64,000 nt of DNA from Macrostomum lignano (GCA_002269645.1 NIVC01002235.1:62001-126000); one strand, 5' to 3'; counted from the first letter of the stretch, positions 23,871 through 37,192 are shown. The notes: generated by a model from the sequence alone, not told the origin. Numbers and translations: made by a program.

Positions 23871-25054
23871 TTTGTTTTTTTCTAATTTAGACTAGGCCCC
23901 GCTAACTGCACTACTTGTCAGTAGGATGTCTTGGATTTGCTCATTTAAAATCCTTGAAAAGTAATAGAAAAATCGTCTGTTTATACCAGATATATCATTC
24001 GAAAATCGCTAATAATACTAGTGGTGTGCAATTTTATAGTAGCATAATACGCATTTTAAGAAAATTAAAATTTGATTTAGTAAATTTTAGCGACTACTTA
24101 AAGTGTGCATTTTTAGTAGCAAAATACGCATTTTAGGAAATAAATAAATATTCGATTTCATAAATAATTAGCTATTTTACGAGCTGTTATGTTAAGAAAA
24201 AATAAGAAAAATCGACCAATATTTGAATGCTATTATTAGTTAACTTATTTAATATGTGAACGCCAAAAATTAAAGTTCTATATTTCATACGTGATATTTA
24301 CTGCTTGTGTTTTATGATTTCGCAAATGCTACTACTACTATACTGCAGTAGTATGATTTATCGGTGATAAACGTAGGAAAACTAATTAGTTTTTAATTAC
24401 TTTATTTATACGCGCTCTCAGTTAGACTATTCACTTTTACTTTCTCATTGTCATTGCTTGATCGAATAACTTCTTATTGAATATTAATGCTAATATTTAT
24501 ATATGCATATTTTGCTACTCACATTGAGTAGTCTAACGCCGCTTGTCAGTATCGTTACTTTGCGTACCTATAATCTATTAAAAGTTTTGCTTTAAGGTAC
24601 CTTTACTGTTTTCAAACTGCGTTGCTTGTGTTCCAGAATTGTTGGTGAATTCTGACACGTTATAATGACATAGCAATATTATTTAAAATGCTGCCTGTAT
24701 ATGGAAAAATTAAAAATACTTCAATATAAATTTTGCCTCTGCGTTGGCAATAATTCTTTTTTATTGATCAAAAGTTTGCCGAAATGTCGCCTTAAACGTT
24801 TCAAAAGCGAGTAGGGTTGTCTTTGTCTTTCTGTAGGGTCGAGCTCGCGTACTAACCACGACCAAGTCTGCTTAACTTAGGAGATGTTGGCCTTGAATAC
24901 CCTCGATTTTAGTGGTGATCCGACGACTGGTTTCGCGAGGTTTAGTCAGTTACCAGAACAACTAGTTATGACACATAAAAATGCGCTTTTTTATTTGCTC
25001 TTTTCAGTAGCAGCAATAGCGTTTTAAGATTGAAGAATGCAAGAAAACTTAACG

Positions 25055-25430
25055 AAAGCCAAATCCAGTGCGCGTGGATAGCGAGCGAAAGAGAAGAGGG
25101 GTGGCATTCCAGGCCCCAGCCAGGGCGATAAACAGTGTGGCTTTCCTCTTGCCCGCTTGTGTCGGACTTTCACCTTTCTCCTTACTGCTCTCTCATTGGC
25201 TGAGATAGATTGGGCCTTGCTCCCCCCTCACTCATCTAACTTTGACCTCTCTCTCCTTACTGCTCTCTCATTGGCTGAGCTAGATTAGGCCTTGCTCCCC
25301 CCTCACACATCTAACTTTGACCTCTCTCTCCTTACTGCTCTCTCATTGGCTGAGCTAGATTGGTCCTGCCCGCTAGGCTGAATTTCCGTCTTGCGTTTAC
25401 TTATTTACATCGAGTTAAATTCTTGTTGTT
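25055..25430 (-). repeat. Same dispersed repeat, inverted copy 2
   Basis: CCTTACTGCTCTCTCATTGGCTGAGCTAGATT subrepeats, inverted relative to 21465-21835. Confidence 0.85.
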
Positions 25431-26134
25431 CATTATTAACCCATGTGCTCCTGAGGCCGCAAACCCTGAGTAACGAAAAGAATTTTTTGCTGCCACATTA
25501 AATTTAAGTGACACTGCGCAGGCAAACTACTGAATAAGAGTATAGACGCTCTGCTTTTCCTAAATTTAGTTGCGCCTGGCATATCTATTTATTCTGGTAT
25601 CTGTGGGTTTATAAGGCTGCAATAATAGTTCTACATGTAGTATTACAACTGCTTGAAACTTTTTGAGCCTGTGTAAATATGCTGTTAAAGTACTTTTTAC
25701 AACTTTAATTTTATGGGCTCTACTGGAGGGCGAACAAAACGGCGAAGCAATTTGCAACCAAAGAAGATTTTTGACTGCCTATTATAAGGAAAAAACTTTT
25801 TTAGGCGCTTCTATTATCTGCAGAGCTGCTTTTTTGTCTCTTTTATTGTGCATAGAGAACGGGGGTTAGGTTGTTTATTGCACTCATATATGAGCCCCTT
25901 GTACAGTAGTAGAGTTTGATACAAGATCCCCTGAGGCGCTATAGTCTCTTAAAGCTACTTAAGTCTTTTCTCGTTCAGACTCGAAAACAGCTATGGAATT
26001 AAAAAAGGCGGTTTTTAACTCAACTCTTGCCGAGAAAGCCAGAAGTTTTCTTCAATTAATTCTATCGTGAAAATAATTATGTCGAGGCGCGGGGGTTCTA
26101 GAGTTTGCTTTTATTGCATCAGAGCGGCCATGAA

Positions 26135-26640
26135 GTAAGATGAGTTACAGAGGCGCAAAACACCAAAATGAGTTACAGTGGCGCAAAACACCAAGATGAG
26201 TTACAGAGGCGCTAACAACAATAAGATGAGTTACAGAGGCGCAAAACACCAAAATGAGTTACAGTGGCGCCAACAACAATAAGATGAGTTACAGTGGCGC
26301 CAACAACACCAAGATGAGTTACAGTGGCGCCAAACAACACCAAGATGAGTTACAGTGGCGCCAAACAACACCAAGATGAGTTACAGAGGCGCCAAACAAC
26401 AACAATATGAGTTACAGTGGCGCCAACAACACCAAGATGAGTTACAGAGGCGCCAAACAACAACAAGATGAGTTACAGTGGCGCCAAACAACAACAAGAT
26501 GAGTTACAGAGGCGCCAAACAACAACAATATGAGTTACAGTGGCGCCAAACAACAACAAAATGAGTTACAGAGGCGCCAAACAACAAGATGAGTTACAGA
26601 GGCGCCAAATAATAAGATGAGTAACAGAGGCGCCAATCAA
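26135..26640. repeat. About 28-bp minisatellite AAGATGAGTTACAGAGGCGCCAAACAAC, array 1
   Basis: Tandem; same family at 28220-28545. Confidence 0.95.
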
Positions 26641-27689
26641 ACACGCAGAGACCACTAAGAAAAGCCTTCAGGTCGCACGAACTGAAGTTCTATTTAAATT
26701 TTCATCCACTATTTTACTGGTTGTTAAAAATGTACTAAAAGCTAAAGCCACTATACAGCTGCATACTATGTATAGAAAGTATTTACATATTGCCCCCTGT
26801 GCGCCTCCACGCCGCATAGACAGAACATGGAGTAGAAATCGAAATATGCTCTCGAGAGCCAGAGCAGTCATAGCTTATACGAGAGCTATAATATAGTTTG
26901 ATGGAATTTCTGCGCAACCAAACTATTTAAACAAGCAGAGCGGGTAAAGCATTTAAAATTGCCGGAGCAGCAAGTATGACTCTGCATGGCCACGACTTGA
27001 TCAGAATGTTTTATTATATATTGAAGCCAACTACATAGTGTATGACTTTTTTACATTTAGCTCAACACATCAACTCTCTTCTGTTGTCGAGCAGAAAACT
27101 CTCTCCATAATTAGCGCATGTGACTCATGTTGGGCCTTGGCCATTTTGCTTGCGCCTGTGGGAGCGGGTCACACGCCTGCAGTAACGATCATTAAAATGC
27201 TTTCTTTCTTTGAAGGCTTTTTTAGTTTGTATGGCTTTAAGTCACGAAAGTTGATCATTTTGATCATTACTGCATGGTTTTTATGAGCTCAAAAAAATTC
27301 AATGCCTATGGCCCGATTTTCATGGGTTTATGGCCATAGACAAAGTCGGTAAAATACACTAATTAAGAGATGATGGAACAACATCACTTTCGCCCGGAAA
27401 TTTCGCTTTTTTGCTCCCCGAACTCCGACAGCAAATTTCAGTGGCAAAAATTGCTGGATAAACTTGTGAGTATTGTTAGATAAGCAGTTAGATAAGAGTA
27501 TTGGGAATTTAGGTGAGTGGTGATTCGCTTGATAATGATGCTACATGTATATAGGTTGGCATGTAGAAACTAAATTTATGTTGGTATACTGTAGGTAAGC
27601 TTACAGCTAGCCACATTGGTAGATAAGTAAATATGTAGGTGGATATTTGGTTTGGTAGATAGGTGGGGAGGTGCATAATTGAATAAGCA

Positions 27690-28690
27690 GAGAGTTAGGT
27701 TGGTAGATGGGTGGTTGGTAGATAGTTCAGTTGGTAGATAGTTCAGTTGGTAGATAGGTGGGTTGGTAGATAGTTCAGTTGGTAGATAGGTGGGTTGGTA
27801 GATAGTTCAGTTGATAGATAGATTGGTTGGTAGATAGGTGGGTTGGTAGATAGATGGGTTGGTAGATAGGTCGGTTGGTAGATAGGTCGGTTGGTAGATA
27901 GGTCGGTTGGTAGATAGGTGGGTTGGTAGATAGGTGGGTTGGTAGATAGGTGAGTTGGTAGATAGATGGGTTGGTAGATAGGTCGGTTGGTAGATAGATC
28001 GGTTGGTAGATAGTTCAGTTGGTAGATAGGTGGGTTGGTAGATAGGTGGGTTGGTAGATAGGTCGGTTGGTAGATAGGTGGGTTGGTAGATAGGTCGGTT
28101 GGTAGATAGGTGGGTTGGTAGATAGTTCAGTTGATAGATAGATTGGTTGGTAGATAGGTGGGTTGGTAGATAGATGGGTTGGTAGATAGGTCGGTTGGTA
28201 GATAGGTCGGTTGGTAGATAGTGGCGCCAAAGAGCAACAAGATGAGTTACAGAGGCGCCAAACAAGATCAGTTACAGAGGCGCCAAACAAGATGAGTTAC
28301 AGAGGCGCCAAACAAGATCAGTTACAGAGGCGCCAAACAAGATCAGTTACAGAGGCGCCAAACAAGATCAGTTACAGAGGCGCCAAACAAGATGAGTTAC
28401 AGAGGCGCCAAACAAGATCAGTTACAGAGGCACCAAACAACAACAATATGAGTTACAGAGGCGCCAAACAACAACAATATGAGTTACAGAGGCGCCAAAC
28501 AACAACAATATGAGTTAAAGTGGCGCTAAACAACAACTACTACAACAACGAGTTACGGTCGGTTGGTAGATGGGTCGGTTGGTAGATAGGTCGGTTGGTA
28601 GATAGGTCGGTTGGTAGATAGGTCGGTTGGTAGATAGGTCGGTTGGTAGATAGGTCGGTTGGTAGATAGCAGGGTTGGTAGATAGATGAG
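27690..28690. repeat. Nested arrays: 16-bp GGTTGGTAGATAGGTC (27690-28220 and 28555-28690) interrupted by the GGCGCC 28-mer (28220-28545)
   Basis: Abrupt junction at ...gtagata|gtggcgcc...; the 16-mer resumes after about 28555. Confidence 0.93.
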
Positions 28691-28779
28691 ACAGTAGTAG
28701 ATAAAGTAGCTTAAAAACGCAAAGAAAGTAAATGAAAAGATTTAGGAACATTATTCAGTGATATACAGCATTGAATCCA

Positions 28780-28970
28780 AAAGAGCCTTAGGCAAAACTC
28801 TCAAACCAGATGCAGCAGCGCCCAGCAGCGACGCCCTTTTTTTAAAACTCTCATTGGCTGTCAAAAAGCTACCCGCCAACTCAAATAGATGGCGCGCTGG
28901 CTCGCGGTAAACATTTTTAAGCTCTTGTTGAAAGTTGCATAACTGCAGCAGATTATTAACAAAATTCACG
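28780..28970 (+). promoter_or_regulatory. Possible promoter/5' UTR of the TPR-like gene
   Basis: GC-richer unique island between a satellite and the ATG, with ATTGG (CCAAT) and CCCGCCAA/GGCGCG motifs; motif evidence only. Confidence 0.25.
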
Positions 28971-31224
28971 ATGACAGCTACAGAGGGAGACTCCGAGCCC
29001 CCAGCAACGCAGCAGCTGGCCTGCAGCAGCTTTTCAGCGACCTCCGACTCGAAAGTCGACGAAGCCGACGATGCGGAAGAGCGACTGCGTCGGCGCTATC
29101 TCGACCTGTCCTGCGCCAGCGCGCACATGCGGCGCGGGAACCTCGTCGCCGCGGAGCCGCTCTACCGTCGGGTGCTTGCTGACGTCTTCATCGATGATGC
29201 CGATGCCAGCGCCGACGCGAATGGCGACGCTGACGACCAGCTGGCGTTCGGCGTCGAAGCTCGACTCGGCCTGGTTGAAATCGACCTCGCCAGATTGCGC
29301 GACGACGCTTCGACCGATGAGGATTCGAGCAGCGGCGCCGACGACAATCACCGACGCCTCATGGGCCGCTGCCGCCTGCTGCTGCGCGCCCTGTCGCACG
29401 CGCACGCCGCTCAGGATGCGCTGAGCCGGTCAAGCGTCTCCCGGCGCCGGCTGCAGCTGCGCCTGCTACTCGGCAGCGTCGACATTAAACGACGCCTGAT
29501 GGAGGCACGGCTGCAGGCGCTGCTCCAACAGGCTGTCGGCGGAGCGTCGACGACAACTTCAAGTCGTCGGAGTAGTCGCCCGGCTCAGAGACGCCGGCTG
29601 AGTCAGGGCGGCGCCGACGTCGCTGCAGGTCAAGGCAGCCGCCAGGCGGAGGCGGAGAAGCGACCCGCAGCTTTCACCGGAGCCGCTGTCAGGCGGTCGC
29701 CTTCGCTGCAGCAGCGCCACCTTCAGCAACAGCAGCAGCAGCAGCAGCAGCAGCGCAATCGGCGACGCCATCAGCGGAACGCATCGACTCTGGCCGACTT
29801 CGTCCGCCAGCTGCGCGACTTTCTGGTAGCCAGCGACAGCAACGATGCTAAAAATGCTGGCGGCGGAGGCGGCGGCGAAACCGGCGCCGGGGAGGCCGCT
29901 AGCGGCGCCGACGAAAGCGACGCGGCAGCAGGTGGTCCCGAAGCGACGGAGACCACCGCTGCCGCCGATCCCGACCAGATCTCGGTTCAGCAGCTGGACA
30001 GCCTCATCGGAAAGTTTGTCGAAGACAGTCTGCAACGGCTGAAGGACACTTGGTCGCCGCCGCGCGATCTGGTCGTCAGCAGCCTTCGCCGCGACCAGTC
30101 CCGGCAGCACTACCTGCAGTACAGCCGGGAGTACCTCAACTTCACCCAGTCGCTCGTCAGCGACTCCGAGCACCTTCGCGACGACATGGAGAGCGCGGCA
30201 AGCGGACTGCTCGGCGATATCCGACGCCAGCGATTGGATCTGGCCATCACGGAGCTGCAAAAGAAACTGGACGCCGCCGCTGATGACGGGCCCGCGTCGA
30301 CTCTGCCGGTGACTGGGCGAGAGAAAGCGGCAGTCAGGCTGGGCCGCCTGCCACACACCCGGGACAGCAGCCGTCTGAGCCCCTCCTCAACAGGCAGCGC
30401 AGTCTACGACGAGAAAGACGTCGCTGCGATGCTGAAGACACTTCTGCGCAGCCTCCTGGACATATCCCAGTCAGCCATGGACTCCGACCAGCTGTCCGAA
30501 GCTGCCGAACTATTCGAAGCCTGTCTGGACCTCTGTCGATCGTTGAGTCGTCAACTCGGCGACACCAAAGTTGAGCGCTACGAGGCGCCGAAAATTCATC
30601 GCCAATTAGGCGCCATTCACTGCCGCCTTGGCGACCGGAGGCGCGGCGTCAGCATGATGATCTTCGCGGCTGATCTGTTCGAGCAGCGCTTGAGAGAATC
30701 CGCGACCAGCTTAGCGACGTCAGCAGCGGACGACGATGCTGGCGATAATGACGAAGCCGAAGAGCTGGGGCGGCGCGGCACCCTGGGCCTGGCCGAGACC
30801 TGGTACGACATCGGCTGCGTTCTGCTCGGTGCCAGCGGCGAGGGCAGATGCGGCGAGCGGCTGCTGGACTGTCTGAGCGAGCGCCTTCGCCACCGCTGCC
30901 TCATCGACCTGCTGTTGCAGCTTCCGACGTCGCAGCAGCAGGCGCTTGTTACGTCGGCGTCGACAACGTCTACAGACGCTACCGACGCTTTGAAAGCCTT
31001 CGCCAGGTGTCGGGATCTGCTAGCCGGCGAGGCTAGGAGACGAAGTGGCGTTCGGGGACATCGGCAGCAGCAGCTGGGTGAGGTGGAGGTCAGGGTGACA
31101 GCCCGGCTGGCCGACTGCTGCTTCTTGGCCGGACGGTTGAAACGGGCGCAGGGATTCTACGAGGAGGCGCTGACACTGCTCGGTGGCGGAGGCGACTCAG
31201 CGAAGAGCGGAGGCTGTGGAGGCG
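28971..31224 (+). CDS. Uncharacterised TPR-like alpha-solenoid protein, exon 1
   Basis: 766-codon GC-rich ORF with first ATG at 28971; TPR-like helices (GNLVAAEPLYRRVL, LAETWYDIGCVL, LADCCFLAGRLKRAQGFYEEAL); donor G|gtgagg at 31224/5, phase 1 (alternative GAG|gtttaa at 31229). Confidence 0.75.
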
Positions 31225-31329
31225 GTGAGGTTTAAGAAAATGAATTTCTTTCGATACATATCGGCGGATAGATGTAGATGTCTAAAATCAGTGAAAAATA
31301 TACTGACACGAAATTGTCAACTAGGGTGA

Positions 31330-31710
<381 letters not shown>

Positions 31711-31728
31711 CCCAACCCATCCCTGCAG

Positions 31729-32303
31729 AGGCATCGGGCCTGTCCGAGTCGCAAGGCGGGGGCCGAGTGATTGACCACGGTCACGTGCTCCGAATGCTGG
31801 GCTGCTGCCGCGTGCTGCTAGCTGAGAACGCCAGCCAAGCGGCAGCCCTGCTAGAAACCTCTCTAATCATGTTTCAACACCTGGCCAAAGTGAATCAGCA
31901 GCAGGCGGCGACAACAACTGGCTTATTAGACGAAGGCGACAACGATGAAGAGCAGGGAAGCTGGGATAACGAGCTGCTGTGGGTGCTGACTCCGCTGTTA
32001 GCGTGTCACTTGACTAGCGGGCACCACCCCAGAGCCTTGCACTGCGCCAAGCAGATCCTGGCCGCCCCTGCCGCCAGTCCTTGGCTCATATTCTATGGCA
32101 ATTTTGCGGCCGGTCGAAGCGCTAGAAAATTGCGCGACTATTCGACGGCGAAACGACATCTGGAGCTGGCGGCGAAGTCGGCGCTGCGTGTCGGAGGCGG
32201 CGGCGGCGGGGGGGACTCCGTCGGCGTGACGAGACTGTTGGCTTGCCTGGCAGAAGCCGATTCCGCTGAAACTGCGGCGGCCGATGATGACAATGTCGAA
32301 GAG
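31729..32303 (+). CDS. TPR-like protein exon 2
   Basis: cctgcag|AG (phase 1) and GAG|gtaatg; helical TPR-like sequence ([21 protein letters not shown]). Confidence 0.75.
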
Positions 32304-32369
32304 GTAATGATTTTAATGAGTAGTATCTAACGGATTTATTGTAAGTAGTACTTATAAAAAGTTGCCATG

Positions 32370-34450
32370 AGTAATGACTGATGAGTAGTGACTGATGAGT
32401 AGTGACTGATGAGTAGTGACTGATGAGTAGTGATTGATGAGTAGTGATTGATGAGTAGTGACTGATGAGTAGTGATTGATGAGTAGTGATTGATGAGTAG
32501 TGACTGATGAGTAGTGATTGATGAGTAGTGATTGATGAGTAGTGACTGATGAGTAGTGATTGATGAGTAGTGACTGATGAGTAGTGATTGATGAGTAATA
32601 ACTAATGAGTAGTGACTGATGAGTAGTGACTGATGAGTAGTGATTGATGAGTAATAACTAATGAGTAGTGACTGATGAGTAGTGACTGATGAGTAGTGAT
32701 TGATGAGTAATAACTAATGAGTAGTGATTGATGGGTAGTGACTGATGAGTAGTGATTGATGAGTAGTGATTGATGAGTAGTGACTGATGAGTAGTGACTG
32801 ATGAGTAGTGATTGATGAGTAGTGACTGATGAGTAGTGATTGATGAGTAATGACTGATGAGTAGTGATTGATGAGTAGTGACTGATGAGTAGTGATTGAT
32901 GGGTAGTGACTGATGAGTAGTGATTGATGAGTAGTGACTGATGAGTAGTGATTGATGAGTAATAACTAATGAGTAGTGATTGATGAGTAGTGATTGATGA
33001 GTAATAACTAATGAGTAGTGATTGATGAGTAGTGATTGATGGGTAGTGACTGATGAGTAGTGATTGATGAGTAGTGATTGATGAGTAGTGACTGATGAGT
33101 AGTGATTGATGAGTAGTGATTGATGAGTAGTGATTGATGAGTAATAACTAATGAGTAGTGATTGATGAGTAGTGATTGATGAGTAGTGACTGATGAGTAG
33201 TGATTGATGAGTAATAACTAATGAGTAGTGATTGATGAGTAGTGATTGATGGGTAGTGACTGATGAGTAGTGACTGACGAGTAGTGATTGATGAGTAGTG
33301 ACTGATGAGTAGTGATTGATGAGTAATAACTAATGAGTAGTGATTGATGAGTAGTGATTGATGAGTAGTGATTGATGAGTAGTGATTGATGAGTAGTGAC
33401 TGATGAGTAGTGATTGATGAGTAATAACTAATGAGTAGTGATTGATGAGTAGTGATTGATGAGTAGTGACTGATGAGTAGTGATTGATGAGTAATGACTA
33501 ATGAGTAGTGATTGATGAGTAGTGACTGATGAGTAGTGATTGATGAGTAATAACTAATGAGTAGTGATTGATGAGTAGTGATTGATGAGTAGTGACTGAT
33601 GAGTAGTGATTGATGAGTAATAACTAATGAGTAGTGATTGATGAGTAGTGATTGATGAGTAGTGACTGATGAGTAGTAATTGATGAGTAATGACTAATGA
33701 GTAGTGATTGATGAGTAGTGACTGATGAGTAGTGATTGATGAGTAATAACTAATGAGTAGTGATTGATGAGTAGTGATTGATGAGTAGTGACTGATGAGT
33801 AGTGATTGATGAGTAATAACTAATGAGTAGTGATTGATGAGTAGTGATTGATGGGTAGTGACTGATGAGTAGTGATTGATGAGTAGTGATTGATGAGTAG
33901 TGATTGATGAGTAGTGATTGATGAGTAGTGACTGATGAGTAGTGATTGATGAGTAATAACTAATGAGTAGTGATTGATGAGTAGTGATTGATGAGTAGTG
34001 ACTGATGAGTAGTGATTGATGAGTAATGACTAATGAGTAGTGATTGATGAGTAGTGATTGATGAGTAGTGACTGATGAGTAGTAATTGATGAGTAATGAC
34101 TAATGAGTAGTGATTGATGAGTAGTGATTGATGAGTAGTGACTGATGAGTAGTGATTGATGGGTAGTGACTGATGAGTAGTGATTGATGAGTAGTGACTG
34201 ATGAGTAGTGATTGATGAGTAATAACTAATGAGTAGTGATTGATGAGTAGTGATTGATGAGTAGTGACTGATGAGTAGTGATTGATGAGTAATAACTGAT
34301 GAGTAGTGATTGATGAATAGTGATTGATGAGTAGTGACTGATGAGTAGTGACTGATGAGTAGTGATTGATGGGTAGTGACTGATGAGTAGTGATTGATGG
34401 GTAGTGACTGATGAGTAGTGATTGATGAGTAGTGATTGATGAGTAATGAC
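32370..34450. repeat. 14-bp minisatellite TGATGAGTAGTGA(T/C) (TPR-like gene intron 2)
   Basis: About 150 units with recurring AATAACTAA variants. Confidence 0.98.
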
Positions 34451-34548
34451 TATTGGTATTGGCACGCTTGTCTGTGCTCAGCAGTCAGCGGGATGGGCCG
34501 AGTTGCTGCCACCTAACAGAAAGCGGAACTTTTCATTAACCATGTCAG

Positions 34549-35195
34549 GTGGCCAGGCACTACGCTCAGCTATTGAATCACCTGGCCCCAGCATCCAGCA
34601 GCAGCCGGCTTCATCATCAAGAAACGTCGAGCGTGACTCTTCGCAGTGCTGCCCTGTCAGCAGCTTGCCTTCGCGGCGCCGAGCTGCTGCAGTCGGCTGG
34701 CCGTCCAGAGGACTGCGCCCGCCTGTTGGAGGTCGCCGCCAGGTGCTCCGCTCCCGTTGGAGACTCGCACTTCAACTCGGAGAGCTTGACTCGTCGACTA
34801 GCCGAACTGGGACTCGAACTAGGGACCGCCGCGATGCGTTCCGGCGAATGGGACCGAGCCCTGGCTCATCTGAAAGGCGCCCTGGATGCCTGCGCTCGTC
34901 GAAGCGTTGATGGCGACGTTGGACCTGAGGCGGCGCCAATTCTCGCGCGCCTCGGCGCCCTGCACCACGCGCTCTACTGTCTGGCAAGGACGGACATTCT
35001 GTTTGAACATGCCGAAGTTCAAGACAGTCAGGACCGCTGCGCTTTCAACTATCTGCAGTCTCTGCAGCTGGCCTGGTCTCCTGATGCAGCTCTGCGGTTG
35101 TCCAGCTTCCTGCTGACAACTGGGCAGCCCGCTGAGGCTGAGAAGTACGCGATGGAGGTTGAGAACTCCGAGGGAGACTGCGGAGAAAGCTGCAT
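34549..35195 (+). CDS. TPR-like protein exon 3
   Basis: atgtcag|GTG and AT|gtgagc (phase 2); contains LGTAAMRSGEWDRALAHLKGAL. Confidence 0.75.
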
Positions 35196-35224
35196 GTGAG
35201 CTGCTTATTGAGTCTGTTGTCTTG

Positions 35225-36612
35225 GCACTGTGGAAAAGTGGACATCCATGTCAGTTTGGAAGTGGACACCCTAGTTTTTCAAGTGGACATCCATGTCAGT
35301 TTGGAAGTGGACACCCTAGTTTTTCAAGTGGACACCCTAGTTTTTCAAGTGGACACCCTAGTTTTTCAAGTGGACACCCTAGTTTTTCAAGTGGACACCC
35401 TAGTTTTTCAAGTGGACACCCTAGTTTTTCAAGTGGACACCCTAGTTTTTCAAGTGGACACCCTAGTTTTTCAAGTGGACACCCTAGTTTTTCAAGTGGA
35501 CACCCTAGTTTTTCAAGTGGACACCCTAGTTTTTCAAGTGGACACCCTAGTTTTTCAAGTGGACACCCTAGTTTTTCAAGTGGACACCCTAGTTTTTCAA
35601 GTGGACACCCTAGTTTTTCAAGTGGACACCCTAGTTTTTCAAGTGGACACCCTAGTTTTTCAAGTGGACACCCTAGTTTTTCAAGTGGACACCCCTTAGA
35701 TTTAGAAAAGGACACCCTGGATTTTTAATTGGACACCCCATTGATTTAGAAAAGGACACCCTGGATTTTTAATTGGACACCCCTTAGATTTAGAAAAGGA
35801 CACCCTGGATTTTTAATTGGACACCCCTTAGATTTAGAAAAGGACACCCTGGATTTTTAATTGGACACCCCATTGATTTAGAAAAGGACACCCTGGATTT
35901 TTAATTGGACACCCCATTGATTTAGAAAAGGACACCCTGGATTTTTAATTGGACACCCCATTGATTTAGAAAAGGACACCCTGGATTTTTAATTGGACAC
36001 CCCTTAGATTTAGAAAAGGACACCCTGGATTTTTAATTGGACACCCCATTGATTTAGAAAAGGACACCCTGGATTTTTAATTGGACACCCCTTAGATTTA
36101 GAAAAGGACACCCTGGATTTTTAATTGGACACCCCATTGATTTAGAAAAGGACACCCTGGATTTTTAATTGGACACCCCATTGATTTAGAAAAGGACACC
36201 CTGGATTTTTAATTGGACACCCCATTGATTTAGAAAAGGACACCCTGGATTTTTAATTGGACACCCCATTGATTTAGAAAAGGACACCCTGGATTTTTAA
36301 TTGGACACCCCTTAGATTTAGAACTAAAGAGTGTCCACTTTCAACTCGAGGGGTGTCCACTTCTAAATCTAAGGGGTGTCCAGACAAACCATTTTGTATA
36401 ATGGAAGTGGACACCCTTAGATTTGGAAGTGGACACTTTTAGATTTGGAAGTGGACACTTTTATATTTGGAAAAGGACACTTTTAGATTTGGAAGTGGAC
36501 CTCTTTAGATTTGGAAGTGGACCTCTTTAGATTTGGAAGTGGACCTCTTTAGATTTGGAAGTGGACCTCTTTAGATTTGGAAGTGGACCTCTTTAGATTT
36601 GGAAGTGGACAC
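35225..36612. repeat. Compound GGACAC-core arrays: 21-bp (35225-35695), 42-bp dimer (35696-36325), 21-bp (36405-36612) (TPR-like gene intron 3)
   Basis: All share a GGAC(A)C core; a short inverted GTGTCCAC segment lies at 36328-36385. Confidence 0.95.
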
Positions 36613-36657
36613 CCCTAAGCGACGCCTGAAAGACACCCCCGCCACCAATATTTTCAG

Positions 36658-37192
36658 CACCCTGGAAGCCTACGAGGCGCCCACGCTGCCCTGGGGCCTC
36701 GGTGCAGTTTGGCCGCTACTGCCGTCGCCGTCTTCAACCTCGCCGCCAGCATGGATTCGACCTCGCCGAAGAGTCCTGGCCGCTGCTATCCTGACGACTA
36801 GCAACTGCGGATCATCTGACCCCAGCAGCAGCGTGATGGAGAGCCGGGCGAAATCCCTACTAGCGCTGGCAATGGACGCACAGGGTCGCCTTGACGACCG
36901 ACTGGTGGCAGCGCTGGCCCTGCTGCACCTGGGCCTGGCCTGGGAGTCCGCCTGCCTGCTGAATACTACTACTATTAGTAGTAGTGAACTCGACTTTCTG
37001 AGAGTCTGGTGCGCCGATTTGACTTTTATTAATCTGGCTGTTGCTATGGTAACGGCTTTCTGCTGTTTCCTTCACCTTACTAACGCGTTAGCCAGATTGA
37101 CCTCTTCTGGGCGTAATGCTGACGAAGAATCGAGCGACAGTGAAGACCGAGAATCGAACTCCGGACCCATAGCTGAGTCGACTAGATTGTAA
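36658..37192 (+). CDS. TPR-like protein terminal exon 4
   Basis: attttcag|C completes the ATC codon; TAA stop at 37190-37192; spliced CDS is 4011 nt (1336 aa plus stop). Confidence 0.7.

Noticed and set aside
24100-27600. Short AT-rich ORFs (25566-27286) and other 60-90 aa ORFs in 40.6-48 kb and 52.2-53.6 kb
   Set aside because: Low-complexity AT-rich intergenic DNA, with no motifs and no consistent exon chain.
28751-28969. 72-aa minus-strand ORF head-to-head with the TPR-like gene
   Set aside because: TTG/GTG-type start, no recognisable motif and no splice context; likely promoter or UTR sequence.
29034-31036. Multiple antisense and alternate-frame ORFs over the TPR-like exon 1 (also over the BLTP1 exons and the Gypsy pol region)
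   Set aside because: Shadow ORFs typical of GC-rich coding DNA.
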